This document shows positions 26,560-41,159 of a stretch of 64,000 bases of DNA, in pieces. The DNA is from Takakia lepidozioides. Its lineage: Eukaryota; Plantae; Bryophyta. The position numbers were made by a program, and so were the translations under genes. Position 1 is the first letter of the stretch, and every line of letters begins with the position of its first letter. Where the stretch lies: contig CM060733.1 of NCBI GenBank assembly GCA_030704615.1, forward strand, positions 62,868,001-62,932,000, read 5' to 3'. Under the pieces are notes generated by a model. That model was not told the origin of the DNA. It searched no databases and saw only the letters and a list, made by a program, of their open reading frames with translations.

Positions 26560-28225
26560 CGCTGATGCATCCCATGGAGAGGAAACCTGGCCAATCGATG
26601 ATCCTGAAATGGCCCGCTCAAATGACATGGAGAGGGAGGCGAGAACTCCCTTGTACGAAAGGGGCAAAAGTGAGTCGACTTTCAACAATCTTATTTTTGC
26701 TCAATCTTCAAATTTGATTTGGTATAAGTAATGTTGGGATATCTGCCATAATGCAAACTATTGCGGACTATATCCTTGTTCCACACTTGAAACCCAAGAT
26801 GCCACTATCGCGGAAAGAGACACGCGAAGTCTTGGACTCTGTGGGGATGGGCTATAAGATTTTTCATGCATGCCCATGTGATAAAACCCTATACTACGGA
26901 GAGAATTCGCGTCTCACCAAGTGCCCAAAGGGCAAGAAAGACCGATATCGGGATGATGTCCAAGGGAAAAAAGGACCACGCAAGGTATAAGCGTCATTCC
27001 CTCTCCCATGGAATTTTTTTTCTTTAATCTTCTCAATGCATGTAAAACATATTCCACAAAGTTTAGGGTGTAGGGAGTAGTACTCATGCAAGATCTGATT
27101 GTGGCTTTGGAAGGAGTGAGTAATACTAGCGACGTTCAGTTTTGACCATTCATGCCATAATGAGGGAGAGGCTGCATAAAGGGAAATACATAAGGGTGTT
27201 GTATTATGTGTACTAATGGGATGATTATGTGGGGGACGTGGGGTATTTCATCCTAGAAAATGCATTACTTTTCGATCATCCCGCGATTGAAAGCACACTA
27301 CCGAAGCCTCTCATTGGCAAAACTACCCACGACATGTCCGTCTCGGCTTCTCCACGGATGGGGTCAACCCATTCTCTATCCAGTCATGTAGTCATTCCAC
27401 TTGGCCGGTGACCATGGTGAATTACAACAGCCCTCCGTATCTTTCAATAAGAAAAGGCCATATCATGTTGGCTGCCATTGTACCAGGTGAGTGTTCCCAT
27501 TTCATGCTTATTATTCCCTTGGATTTTACATTAATCTTCTGACCTCTGGCACAATTCCGATGGAAGATTGATGAGTGGTCAACATAATCATGGAGTAAGA
27601 TATGTCATTCTTTATGAAATATAATTAGCATGGTGGAGCATTGAAACAATGATGTGAATGTCTCATAGGGAAAAAACAAGTGAAACACATCCATGGACAC
27701 GTACTTGCGATGAGCTTGCGACCCCTAGTTAATGAACTTAAGGAGCTATGGAGGGGGGTCCCGACATTGGATGCTTCACTTGACCCTATGGCCAGACAAT
27801 CTTTTCAGATGAGAGGCATCTTGCTTTGGACAATGCATGATTATCCAAGTATATTATGTTCCCCATAAAGAACCCGCGTATAGTTACTTGTCAAGGGATA
27901 ACATCGATGAGGATTGGGATTGATTGAAGTAGAGGCGACAGTCTTGTGCACCGTAGTGGGGTAGATGACACTATGGGCCATGCACATGGCAACTTTTTGT
28001 CTTTGCTAATGTGGCGGGATGTGTACAGGACTAACTATTTGCTCGAGGCTGAGCACCAAAGGGTACCACGCATGCCTGCATTATGGCGATGAACTTGATG
28101 CACATAGCTCCCGCCATCTTCGCAAGATGGTGTATCACAACTACCGCAAGTTTCTTCCTATGAGCCATCCATGGAGAAGAAGAAACAAACACTTGTTTGA
28201 TGGCAAAGGGGAGGTACGTCCCCCC
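26560..28225 (+). pseudogene. Degenerate intron-containing CACTA/EnSpm TnpD transposase (Transposase_21 region), element A
   Basis: 'ARTPLYE', 'GMGYKIFHACPCDKTLY', 'DGVNP', 'LRPLVNELKELWRGV', 'FQMRGILLWTMHDYP', 'STKGYHAC', 'YRKFLPMSHPWR'. Interrupted at 28226. Confidence 0.8.
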
Positions 28226-31057
28226 TGTCAAGTTAAATAAACACAGTGTGAAACTAACTAGAATAAATCTAGTTATTTGTATTTAACACTTGGAATTAGT
28301 TCAAGTGTTAAGTCAGGTATCAAGTTTAGCTTGACACCTGAACCATCTTATCTTCACGAGCTCGTCAGTCGTGCGGCTCATCTCTCTCGAGTTGAGCCTG
28401 CACGACCGAGCTTCCTCGCTGCTTAGCATCTGAGTGTACTTATGGAGGGAGAGTTTGATGTTTGTGGGGTGGAGTCCCCATAGCTTGGGGTGCCCCTGGC
28501 TCGACTCTATTTTAATGAGTGATTGTGTTGTATTTCGTGTCTCTGTGTCATCAGAGAGTGTGAGTTTAGTTTTCATATCACTCGAGAGAGATGATAGCTT
28601 GCATATGTGGGTGCCAATGTGAATTTAGTTTTAGCACTTGTGGCCGTTTTTGTTTTGAAAATGAGAGAAAGAAAAATTTTGTTCTCTAAATTATGTCTAT
28701 GACAAGGTTGGAAACAGAGAAATGATTATCTGTGTGCAGGTAATCTTTAGTTAGAAGGACATTGTCAAGTTCGGCGCTGGAGCAATGGTTAGAAAACGTG
28801 CCTATCGGCTTTGCCATTGCCGCTGTCATCATGACCTGAAGCCAAACGAAAGACATCAGAGGCTGATTTAGGCTGCTCGCCGGCTAAACGGAGGAGATAG
28901 GGAGAGTTGACGATGGCAGGGCTTGCAGGTCTATCGCTCTTACTTGCGTTTGTTTTCCATCGGACTTGATCCACGCAGGGAGCGGGAGTGTGATGTGCTA
29001 GTTAGGGCTGGTTGTAAGAATCGAAGGAGGCAGGTGGGGGCTGGAAATCCCAGATTTGACGATCTTACAAACAAGGTGAATTACGGCATATCAAGGAAGC
29101 CAGTAGCTGCTCTCACATTTTGCAAGTCAATGGGTAAATATCATGCTTTATTCTGAATGCTTGACATCTCTGCTTCGTGTAACATTTTGCTGCCGTGCCA
29201 GTGAATACCATCAAATAGTTATGAAGTCATTGTTCTGGAGTGTCCAAATATGGTTGCGTAGCACATGCCATAAGAGCCATTCCAAAGGATATTGGATAGG
29301 GGTCAGTGAACGAACTTTTGGAAGTTGGCAGTATTAATATCCCTATAGAGCGATCAGCTCGTGAGAGGCAAAAGGCTGAAGTGCGTCGTGGGTGTTAGAA
29401 TATGAAGCCTAGCATGTTTATGTGCAAAAAGAAAGGAGCCTGGTCAGCCCGTAGTTAGCCTCCTAGTAGCATGGACGATGAAGGCTTGCAACATGGGCTA
29501 GCGGTTGCTGCAACTTGGTGAGACAGTGCAGGCACAAAGAGGAGCCTACAATTGTTGTGAGCCGAGGGTAGCCCAATATTATGGAGTTGGTCAATTAGTG
29601 AAGCGGCTGCAGCCAACCGCCCAGCAACAACGTCACATTTTCTTGGTCTTGGGGGAATAGTTTAAGAGAAACCCACCAGCTTGGCAAACTCCCTGGAGGT
29701 TGTTATTGTCAATTAATAATAGTATTTTGAAATGGAGAACCAGGTCAGGCCGAGCTTCAGGATCGTGGTGAAAGGAAGAGCCGACTCAGGCCAAATTTAA
29801 TGGATAGTGTGCGGATTGCGAATCTGAGGTATTCGTTCTTGCCATTGTCATGTTGTTTGTGTGATCTGAATTATCAAGATGGTCTAGATCGTACTACTGT
29901 TTGTGCAGCCGGCTATCCATGGGATATAGTTGTGAGCACTATTTGATTTACCATGAGGGTGAGCAAGGAGGCCTGAATTCTGTTACTGAGCATCAAGGTC
30001 AAGACATAAAGGAGACTGAGCTTCCACCTGTTGGATGACGGCAAAGGGTATGTCTACGATCATGTTGGTCAGATCTGATGGGCTTTGGGATCTCAAGAAG
30101 CAAGCACCTCGAGCTGTTTAATCACTGTACCATTTGCAGCAGCATAGAGAAGGTTGGAGCGACTGATGACATGGCTGAAATCTGGTCTGAGGGAGTGTGA
30201 TTAACACAGGGTATGCCCAGCAAGGTGTGAATGGAAGGGACAGCCGAATGTTGCTGGACCTCACATGTAGGGCAACTCCGGGGTATGAGATAGTTGTGGC
30301 TGATCTCATGAAGTTCTCCTAGTAGGGGGACAGCAAGGTGAAGGAGGATATAACCCACTTAGGTGTGGGAAAATGCCTTGAGAGACAAGTGATGAACTGA
30401 AGGGGCAGATGTGTGATTCGGGCTCCACATAATTCATTTACATGTGCTTGCAATAGAAGCTTGGCAACCCTGATGAAGAGCGAAGGAGTTCATTGTGGGT
30501 GGTCAAAGTTGGAGTTGTTCAGATTGCTTCCCTGAGGCATGTGCCCGTCAAGTGTGGCATGGAAGGATGTGCTATGATGGAGTGGATGCGAAGGATCAAA
30601 GCCCGGGAGTCGCCATAGCTACAGATCTTGGCTGGAGCAGAGCAGTTCACTGGTGTATGTTTGAAACACAGGTGAAATCCAGGGAATCTGTGAGAACTAA
30701 ATGGACGTGTTGGGAACTTGTAGATAACTTGGGAGCATCTTTAAGTGTCGAGAACGTTTTGGGTGTGAAAAATTAAAGAAATTCGTTCTTTGATCTAATT
30801 TAAATTACATAGAGCCTGTTTGGCCATAACTTTGGCATACCAAGGCCGTTTGACCCAAAACTTTCGCAGGGACCTACAGAATGCGGATATCTACCTACCT
30901 AGGTTTTAGTTTTTTGGACCTGACCAAAAATCTATAGAATTTTTCTAATGTAAATTAGATCCTCCCCACATCTATTTGAGGTCTATTGAAGAAGTTGTTT
31001 CAAGTCAGGGATGATCACTTAGTTGTCTGTTTGTAACACACCTGTCACTTTTTGACA
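28226..31057 (+). mobile_element. Possible old long LTR inserted in CACTA element A
   Basis: Starts TGTCAA exactly where the transposase frame breaks, and a TTGACA end occurs at 31052-31057. Non-coding. No partner LTR or TSD found. Confidence 0.3.
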
Positions 31058-31931
31058 TTAGTGTATGGCTAGAGAGGAAATGAAGAGTGTCGGGATGAGG
31101 GCATGCTGGGGTTAGGAATTGCTTTAGTCTCTCCTTCCCATAGCTTTCCACCCTCTCGGTAGGCCAAAATCTTTCCATAGGTGGAGGTAAGAGTCAGTCC
31201 GGGTTTTTGGGCTGGGGTATTTTGCAGGAGTAGCACTGCAGATGGATTTTGGTGTGGGGGTGTTGATGTTTTGATTTCTTGTGTTTGGATCCCCCCCACA
31301 CCTACATGCTTGACTATGCGCCATATTAGTTTTGTGTGGGCGCTTGCTTTCATAGGGATTAGGCCAGATTTGATCACCGGTCAATCCTAGAGTATGCTGT
31401 CGGTGGTGAGGTTGGAGTGATGACCAGCAAGACCACCAGTGTTTCTTCTATGGTGAGGCTGGGTTGATGACCAGCCAACCATAGGAGTTCTTGCGGTGGA
31501 TGTAGGTGCAGGTGCCCTTAGCCACTGGGATATGACCCTTGAGCCGCAACAGGTGCCCACCCATGTCACTGTTAGGGCTAGGTGTAGCTGTGGAATGAAT
31601 ACTTTTCTGACCCCAGTCAATGGTGGGACAATCGAGGCAAAAAGGTGAATGCCTGTTGGATTACAGAGAGTAGCAGACGTAATTCAGCATAGGAACTAGT
31701 GTGATAAGCTGAGTTGGGTGTTTCCTAGAAGAAATCTAGCTTGTCATGTGAGATGCTAGCAGCAAGGCAAGGATGAATGCATAATTTGTGTAGAGGCATG
31801 GATAGCTGAAGGAGCAGGGATAGAGTGTGGGTCCAGAGAGTAGCAGATGCAATTGAGCATAGAAACTAGTGTGATAAATTGAGTTAGGGTGTTTCCTAGA
31901 ACAAATCTAGGCTGTCATTGTCAGCTGCTAG

Positions 31932-32881
31932 TGTCGCGCGGCTTTTACTCACCCATCCCTTCGCTATTCGAGGCGGAAACTCCAAGATTGAAGAGTTGGA
32001 AATCTCTAAGTACTCAGCCCGCGCAGAACAATCAGTCATGACCTACAGCTAGTGTATCATGGGGGTGTTTCCTATTTGTTTCCCTTTTGGTATTCATGTT
32101 AACTATCTTACCATTGATAATTAAGTATCAGTTTGCTTTATCAATCTATTGGATTCCATCAACTCATCCATTCATTCCACAGCTTCACTCAGATCTCTCT
32201 ACACAGTGTGATTGTATCGTAAAAGTATCCGATTATGATTTATCAGGTATCAGGCCGAAGCCATTGTGTCTCTAATCTACTCTACAATATCATTACAGCC
32301 TTGCATATATCAAGCATCTACTCATCATCTCTCTATCTTCACTTCCGTTCTTTATCTCTGCCCGATCCCCTCTCCTCTATCACCAAGAAGTCCTCCTCCG
32401 AATCCCCCTCCTCAATTCCCCGTCTTTCCCTTTATCTTCCTCTCCGCGGTTCTAACCGTTTCCCTCACTAACCGTGTCTGTGAACTAACATGTTCCCTTC
32501 GCAGGTGTTGTTCCCCACAGTCGTTCCCTGTCCTACTCTTCGTCCCTATGATCGTGACAGCTGTGTCAAGCTGTGACTGGCTGTGTGAAACTGTGACGGG
32601 CTGTGACTGCTGTGCGACTGTGTTTGGCTGTGTCGGGCTGTGACGGCTGTGTCGGCTGTGACTGGCTGTGTGGCTGTGACGACTGTGACGGCTGTGTTGG
32701 CTGTGTCGGCTGTGACGACTGTGACGGGCTGTGTTGGCTGTGCGACTGTGTTTGGCTGTGTAACCCCCCCTCAGTGCGCTGCTGTCACCCCTAAGGCTCC
32801 TGTTGGTCTCAGTCTGTGCAAAAATTAAGGGTACCCTACAGATCCCGTATAAGTGTCTAAGTCCCCGACAGTCCTCTAACA
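31932..32881 (-). repeat. 3' LTR (contains a CTGTG-rich degenerate minisatellite at 32555-32760)
   Basis: tgtcgcgcgg...ctctaaca, direct repeat of 43953-44898. Confidence 0.95.
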
Positions 32882-32918
32882 TTACCCCTTCCCCCCTCAA
32901 AAGCCGTGTCCTCACGGT

Positions 32919-35900
32919 TTACTGATTTCGACTAGCAAACCTTTGTGAGTGAGCACCTTCTTGACGTTGAGAGTTTCGTGGCGGACTGTGTGTACGAGCC
33001 CGAGGTCTGTCTCTGGTTGACGGAGATGGTTGATCACTACCTGGATAAGTGAGGCCCTCTGGAGGCTGATATCGAGGTAACCTTTCCGGCATAGGAGACC
33101 CCCGTCGCTTCTTCTCTGCCATCTGAATTGCATAGTCTTCTCCCATGTCAAAAGAATTCGGTGAAGAAACAGTTGTATCAGAATCCTCATCGCCTCTCAG
33201 GTGTTTTAATTTTCGAACTTTTTGTGGAATCATCTGGGGCATACAATGCTGTCCTACCATGTCTGGAAGTTTGTATTTTACAACTTGGTGTAACCGCTGA
33301 ACAGCAAAATTGGTGTAGACACTGAGCTCCTTGTCTGTCCAGGTGAGTGGGGTACCAATTACTGGTGCAGCGTGCAAGTACTTCCATGCCACATGTCCCT
33401 TATAGAAAATGTCATCAATGCCGAATTTCTGTGTTGACAAATGGTTGCAGCCGCTTGAAACCATGAACGAATTTGAGAATCCTTTTGCATCATAACTTTT
33501 GGGTCATATAGGTACATATGAGGTGGCACCGAAGGTAATACCCAATGATCTCCACTGGAATAACTCAGAAAGCGTGTTTGCATCTTTTGTTGCTCAATGT
33601 GGTAACGTACCAGAAAACAAGCAGCGTAGTATAACCCGCACCCATGACAATACTTGCTATCTCCTTGGTCTTGGTATAAATGAGTCCATGTACAACCTGG
33701 AAAGCAATCAATTCCCTCAACATGGTACCTGCCTCGTGCCAGTATTGTGCAAAGTGATGATCTTCAATATGTCGATTGTTCGGAAGAACTTTAGTCCTAG
33801 TTGCCACTGGCAGCCAAATACGCATGATTTGGTAGTAATGTGCGAATGACTGCGGAGGACTAAATTCTTTCCAAGCCAAATCCAACATGATGGGAATTTG
33901 GTTGAAGGGCATAATCATAGCCCTACTGTACTCCCTTGCAGCTGGAGTTTTAGGTGGGTTAAAAGCGGCATTGCCCCATACCTCCGGCTGTGGTGGCTGT
34001 GGTGTGGTTGTAGTAACCACAGGTTCAGCTACTGGTACAGTGACTTGTTGTGGTGGTGGTACTGGCTCTTGTATCATTGGCATCTCCTGCACCTCCTGTG
34101 AAGACTGAAAAGCCAAAGTTCTGGCTTGTAAATAAGAAGCCATTAGCTGTTCCTGAGGGATATAGACTCTTTGGTCGATGTTTGAAGTGAGGTCTTCCAC
34201 TTGAGTCTGGAGTCCGTCTACATCCTCTTGTAACTCTGCTATCCTACTATAGACATTGTCTATAGTAGTTGTGGCAATGTTCTGCACCTGCAGCCTGAGC
34301 TCATTCATCTCGCTTTGGGTGAGCTTCCGTGGTGCTTTGCCCTCTACTGGCCCTTGTGCTAACCAGACCTGCATAAGGCTGTTATCCACCAAGTTGCTTG
34401 TGGTTCCCCTGAGAGTTTGCTCCTCTCTTAGCTTGTACAATTCCAACTGCTGTTGTAAAGCCTCCATGCGCTTCGCCTGAGGTTCAACCAATTGCGCATA
34501 AGCAGCAAGTAGATTATTGGCTTCCTTCCAAGCCTTGTTATTGACCGCGATTTCATTTCTATTGGCCATGATGGTTTGTTGCAACTCCACGATGTTGGAT
34601 CAGCTTCATCTGCCTGTATTGCTTGAAAGTATCTTCATTGCGACAGATTGTATTCTTCATATCGACAATGAGCTTCATTTGCTCAACATTCTCTTCTCCT
34701 TCGTACATTTTTCCGCTTGACTGTTTATTTCTTTTGTAGATTGGTCAAGCATAGTTGTAAATGTAGCACATTGTATCGCCATCCTGTTATGCACTGTCTG
34801 CAACTCCGTATGTAGTGCATTCATTCTTTCTTGCAACTTGCTTTCATGCTGCACCTGCATTTGGTATAGCTGTTGCTTATGTGCTTCGTGCAACTGGTCT
34901 TGCGCGAGGCCTGCCTCAATCAATTGTTCCTTGGCCAATTGCAAAGCCATTTCTGTATTTCCCAAGTCCTGCTTCATCTTGAGAGTGACCTCTTCATCGA
35001 CCTTGTTTGCACACTCAGTGGCAAGTCGAGCCTCAAACTCCTTCCTGAGTTCCTCTTTCAAGGCTGTCAATTGGGTAATTGGAACATGGGATTTGACATA
35101 AGTCCCCAACAAATTAAGTGTCCTGCCTATGGAACTCATCAGCATTGCCTGTTGAGGGTCATCATGGTGAGGTTGCTGCTGTTCCTCCTGATCTTCAACA
35201 GTGTGATGTCTCACTAACCATTCAGGCCATTGTCCCACCGGATTTTCTTCTGAACTACTTCATCTATCACCGGTGCTACAGTGTCATGACCTTCCGCCTG
35301 TGGTACCTCCGACAGGTGTGTGTATTATATGCACCTCAGGATTTCCCTTGGGCAACTGTTGCACCTCTGGGATTTCTGTCTCCTTGACCAGACCAGAATA
35401 TTCATAGAGAAGGTCCCCTTCTCTATTTCTGCCACTATCTGTTCTGTAGTTGGAATATCTAACCCTTCACTTTCCAAATCAATTATTTCTGGTTGAGCTG
35501 CATGGATAACTTGTGACCTTGTGACAAGTCGTTCAGTGGCTGTGATGGTTGTGATGCAGAAGTAACTTCCTCCTCCCTCTCTGAAGGTCCTGCTTCCAGT
35601 AATAGCATTTCTCTGTGCTGCTGTGCCCCTTCCTGGCCATGAGCTTGGGAAACATTATCATGCGGAATCCGTGAAGCCAGTGGATCCGCCACTACAGTCT
35701 TTCCCCTCTCTGCCTCTTAGTCTCGGGTTGCCCTGCTAGTCCACCCTCACTGTGTGAAGAGCCTTGCTCTTCCATTGCAGTTGTTTCTGGCTCAAACACT
35801 CCATTTCCTTCTTTCTTGTGCATTAAGTATGCCAGAATCAAGGATTATTTGAGCAATGATTGGGCCAGACACTATGATAGGAGACTTTGCGGTAGTACCT

Positions 35901-36682
35901 TGTAATCTTTTCATCTCCTCTACCAGTGCGTTGTACATTATGTCCGCCCATTGTACCTCTTGTCCCTTCAGGCCTTTGAGTATTTCCTCCGTGAAGGATC
36001 TGCTCAAATACTGTTGGTTCTGTTTCATGGCAATCAGAACGTTCAATACCTGGCCTACCTCTTTTAACCCTGGGTACACAGCCTTGGTACAAGCATAACC
36101 CTGAGTTTTAAAGAAACTCCCTTCTTGGAATAAGTCCCCTATTTGCAGTCTTGCCCTGTGTTCCTCCACATGCACCTGACCTGCTGGCAATCGAAACAAT
36201 TGCTGGAGGTATAGGGGAGTAATCATTAATTCAACTCCCTTCACCGTTGTTGTTCCTGTCCTTGGCTCAAAGTTCTGCAAAAATTGTAACATGTACTGTC
36301 TATGGTGTAGTGTCCAATCTAGGCTTTGCAATCCTTGCAATCTCAGCTCCTCCAGTATCTGTATCGCCTGTGGGGTAGCAATCGTTTGTTTCTGCAGAAT
36401 TGTGGTGCTCTTCACCCTGATTTCCTCCATTCCTCTCACTCTCTTCATTTTAGACTCACAGAACTGTTTTGGCTGTAACAACTGCAGGAATGCCTGTAGT
36501 GCACAAAGCATAAACGTATGGTTGCCGCAGAAAGCTATGGGTAATTTCTTGTAAGCCTGCGGGGCTTGCAAGCATCGCTCAAGAGAAAAGCTCTGCTCTG
36601 TCCTTTCGTGTCTATGCCACTGCGTAAGTAATATTGCGAGCGTATAGTCTGTTAGTTCCTCCATAGTTTCCAAGTATAGCAT
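32919..36682 (-). CDS. Extra sense-strand ORF region downstream of pol (segments 36682-35792, 35692-35483, 35238-34675, 34590-33565, 33464-32919); unknown function, coiled-coil rich
   Basis: Long ORFs in the gag-pol orientation. The first has 'VKGVELMITPLYLQQLFRLP', reminiscent of Athila/Tat extra-ORF domains; the middle ones are Q/E/L heptad-rich. Probably one or two genes broken by indels. Confidence 0.55.
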
Positions 36683-37164
36683 TGATGGTCTGTCCTGTCG
36701 AGACGCCCGTTACTCAGAACGACGCCGCCTCTTGCGCTCAATTTCCCTCCATTTTCTTGATCCTTTCTCTGGTTTTCTATTGGCTGTATCCGCTGTGACT
36801 GGATTTTAGATTTTATCTTCTTTAGTGGACTTTCCCTGTTGGATAGTCCACTAGGATCACACATGTGACAAGAATTCCGCTTTTCTGTACTTGCCGTTCG
36901 TTCCGTTTCCCTTTTTCCGTATCATTAATGGGCCCGCCTTTCATCCCTTTTGACGGCCGTTCTTGTCCTCTTTCTTTTTGACACCTGTTCTTGCACTTCA
37001 TTCTCTGCTGTGTGTCGCGCCCTGACCTCCACGTGTCTATTTTTAAAGTAATTTCCGTTTCCTCTTCCGTCAGCCATTTTCCTGAAGTTATTATGTGTCC
37101 ACTTGTCACTGATTCTATGGATCGTGTAACTTTAGTAGGCTGTGTTGAGCTGTGACAGGCTGTG

Positions 37165-40100
37165 TCATACTGTGTTACGCTGTGATAGGCTGTGATGCAC
37201 TGTGGTAAGCTGTGATAGGCTGTGACACGCTGTGGTAGGTTGTGATAGGCTGTGTTGCGCCGTGCTGGGCTGTGATAGGGCTGTGATAGGCTGTGTCACG
37301 TCGTGATGGGCTGTGATATAGGCTGTGTCACGTTTGTTTTGCCCACCCTGGTCATATATGCTGGGCCTAGCGACAAGTGTTCCATACTCCGTTCGTAACA
37401 CTGGTGCAGCCCGTGACTGCTCTTGCGGTTCAACATGCAAATCATGCTGCAGGGTTTTGTCATGGATACCACTGTACCCCTTCAACTTATTTGCATTGAC
37501 TCTTCCCAGCATTTCTTTGTTAATGGTTTGTAACATGGCGGTGTTGTTATCATACATCTTTTGTATGACATAAGGTCCTTTCCATGGTGATTTAAGCTTA
37601 GAAGCTTGAATCTTTCCTTTCTTCTGCAACCATAGAACCAAATCCCCCGTCTTAAAAGTCTTTAACTTGCCTTCATCAAACTGTTCCTTTCGCTTCATCT
37701 GAATTCTGGTCATATATCAGCTGCATCAGCACGTACTTCTTCCACATGGTATAATTCATGTTTCCTGACCTTGATGGAGTCTTGCAATTCCATTCTTTTC
37801 CCCACTCCGTTCTCATGGTAGGTAACAGGAATTCCACTGGAAGTAAGGCTTCCATACCATAAACTAATTGGAATGGTGTATACTTAGTGGTGACTTTATA
37901 TGAAGTCCTGTATGACCCAAAGCTGTCAGCAGCTTTGTATCCCAATCCGTTCTGTTTGCATTGACTATCTTAGCCAAGATAGTACATAGTATTTTGTTGG
38001 TAGCCTCTGCCTGCCCATTACCCTGTGGGTAATATGTTGTACTCTTTCTATGCACATCATAAACTCTTAGTCAACAACTCAATGGTCTCATTCATGAAGT
38101 GACTTCCTTGATCACTGATAAATTCTAAGGGAGCCAAATCGTGTAAGTATGTTCTCGTACAGGAACCTTGCTGTGGACTTGGCTGTGTTGTCCCTCAAAG
38201 CTTTAGCTTCCACCCACTTTGTAGTATAATCAGTGGCTGTAATTATGTACCTGTTTCGTGTATTCTTGGATGGTGGGTTAATTGGTCCAACAAAGTCTAG
38301 TCCCCATTTCTGAAATGGTTCCGTAGGCATTGTAGGATGCAAGGCCATCCTTCCAGATCTCTGCAAAGGTCCTAGCCTCTGACATTCATCACACTTCTGA
38401 CAATACTCGTGTACATCTTTGAACAAAGTAGGCCACCAGTATCCTGCGAGTAGTATCTTTCTACTGGTAGTCTCTTCTCCAAAATGACCTCCAGCCACTC
38501 CTTTATGAACTTCCGCCAAACTTTATTTACTTCATGGTGGTACAAGCATCGTTTTAGTACTCCATCAGGTCCTAACTTATACATTCTGCTTCCTACCATA
38601 GTATAAGGTAAAGCTTTGATAGCGATTCTCTTCCTCTGCTCCTTACCATAACTAGGTGGGCACTGACCATGAGCAAGGTAGTATCTGATTGGCCACTGCC
38701 AATCTAACCATCATCTGCACTTCCTGCACCTCCATTACAAAGAACTCGCATCAGGTAATTGATCATCCATTCCTGTGGCGGCTCTCCTGTTGTCGTGACA
38801 AATGATCTGCCACAAGATGCAGGCCAGGCTTGTAAAAACCTCGAACTCAAACTCGTGCAAGATTATTAACCATCTTGCTATCTTCCACTTATCAAGGTTT
38901 GTTTACCAGATATATCAGAGCCTGGTGATCCACATAAACATAAACTTCTTCCCAAGGTAATGCCTGAATTTCTTCACTGCATAGATCATTGCCAATGCTT
39001 CTCTTTCCGTTGTGCTATAGTTCCTCTCAGCACTGTTCATCAACCGGCTAGCATAGTACACAGGTGAATCTATATTCCCTGTAACATTCTGGGCTAACAC
39101 GCCCAACGCTTCTCCTGATGCATCGCAGTGAACATGAATACTACATGCCAGTGAGGGTTAATCAGCACAGGTGTAGTTGTTACTGACAGTGTAAGTTCCT
39201 CAAAGCCTGTTGACATTCAGCTGTCCAGGCAAACACTGCATCTTTCTTCAGCTCAATGACGACCTCCAAATAGCCTGCTAATCTCGAACAAAAAGAGATC
39301 CTCAATCCACAAGAGTCCCTTCTTACACACAATGTGTCCCAGAAGCACCCCTGAGTTCACAGAAAGTACACTTCTCTGGATTCAGGCCCAGACCTCTCAT
39401 CCTGCATCTGGCCAACATAACTCCAATTTATGCAAGTGCTCATCTTAGAGCTGTACACACTGAAATCATCCAAGAATACCTGCATGAAATCATCCAGATA
39501 CTCATGAAAAGATTCACTTATCACTCTCTGAAAGGTCGCTGGTGCATTACAAAGTCCAAAGGGCATGACTTTGTATGCATAAGCCCCCCAGTCTGTGATG
39601 AAAGCTGTTTTCCCTTGGTCTTCTTCTGCCACTTGCACTTGATTATAACCACTGAAGCCATCCATGAATGAGTACATCTCATGGCCTGCCACAGTGTCTA
39701 ATACTGCTTCTGTGAATGGCAAAGGGAAAGGATCTTTCTTCGTACAAGCATTCAGCTTCTTATAGTTCACACATACTCTTAGTTTGCCATTCTTCTTGGG
39801 AACTATAACAATGGGTGACAACCAAGTTGTATACTCTATTGGGTATATAAACTTAGCCTCAGCCAACTTCTTTTCTCTCTTCTCCAACCTTCTGTGCGTA
39901 GTTGGGATTCATTCTATACCTCGCCTGCTTGATTGGTACTGACCCTGGTTCCAGTTCAATCTTATGCTGACAGACTTCAGGTGGTATCCCTTTTAGATCC
40001 TCATAGCTCCAAGCAAATACATCTCTGTATTTGATGAACAAGCTTTTAGCTTCTTCGAAGAATTCCGGCTCCAAATCAGCTCCTACTTTCACCATCCTCG

Positions 40101-41100
40101 GTTCCTCTTGTTTCCCACATTTACTTCTCTCACCTGCTCATCAGCTGTGATTGTCCAACCAGTCACCACTTCATCCTGTAAGCTCACAGTGGCTGGTTCT
40201 TCTAGGATTTCTATTTCTCCTTCTCTTTCTTCATAGAAATGTGATGGGTAAATGCTGGTTTCCTCTCTTCAGTTGGTGTTGCTGTCACTACACCACAGCA
40301 GATACCTCTCAAACAACTTAGGCTTTCCAGCCGCATCTCTGCAACCTGCTCCCACTCTGGGTGTGCAGCAAATAGGGTAGCTTCCTGCTCCTCATCCAGT
40401 CCTCCTCCAGTCATACTCTCTGACTCCTCGAGGTCTTCTTGTAGCAGGTAATCTACTAGATTTCTTTGTGGTAATTTGTATCTCGTGTATCCCATTATGC
40501 ACGGTTAGTAACTGAGAATTCCAGTCATGGAATACCCTGGCCTGTTTCAGCCACGGACGTCCCAATAATAAGGAGTAAGCCTCCATGACTTCATCCATTT
40601 TTAATACAGTTACTGTGATCATAAAGATCATTTTCTGTATCTGTATCTTAACTCCTCTTATTAATCCCAATGGCTGTACACTTCTTTGATCTGCCATTGT
40701 TACTGTAAATGGGGCTGGTTTCATGTTACTTAGACCAAGCTTCTTCCTTAATTGGTCTGTCATGATATTTACTCCAGAACCACCATCTATCAGTACATCA
40801 GTTAGTTCTGTGCTTCCAATTCTCAATTGGATTACTGGCATAGAATCATCAAAGTCCATGACTGCTCGCCCTTCCGGCTTCACATTATAACTGGTCACCT
40901 TGCTGTTCAGGTCTGTGTTTCCTGTCTCTTGGGCAATTCGATTGATTGCTTGATACAGCCTGTGCCTACAATAAGGTGCCACAGCTAATAGCTGTCCAAT
41001 GGTAATTTCTGCTTTTGGTCTGACATATTACTTCAGCCAAAGTCTCTTCATTACTTTGCATGTCTGCATCTTTTTTTTCCTTTCTTCCTCACTCCTTCTT
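37165..41100 (-). pseudogene. pol: pol: aspartic protease, reverse transcriptase, RNase H, integrase (multiple frameshifts)
   Basis: PR 'VLIDGGSGVNI', RT 'MPFGLCNAPATFQR...VFLDDF', RH 'ERNYSTTEREALA', INT '[13 protein letters not shown]', 'WGLDFVGP', 'PQGNGQAE', GPY motif. Confidence 0.9.
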
Positions 41101-41159
41101 TTCTCCATCCGAATCAGAGGAATCTGCCACAGGAATATCAGTACTCTTTTGCATTTCCC

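Noticed and set aside
31660-31931. ~170-bp tandem duplication continuing at 44899-44980
   Set aside because: Ordinary local duplication in the older target sequence; useful only to confirm the gypsy insertion site.
32412-32915. His/Ser/Arg-repeat ORFs in the LTRs
   Set aside because: Products of the CTGTG minisatellite.
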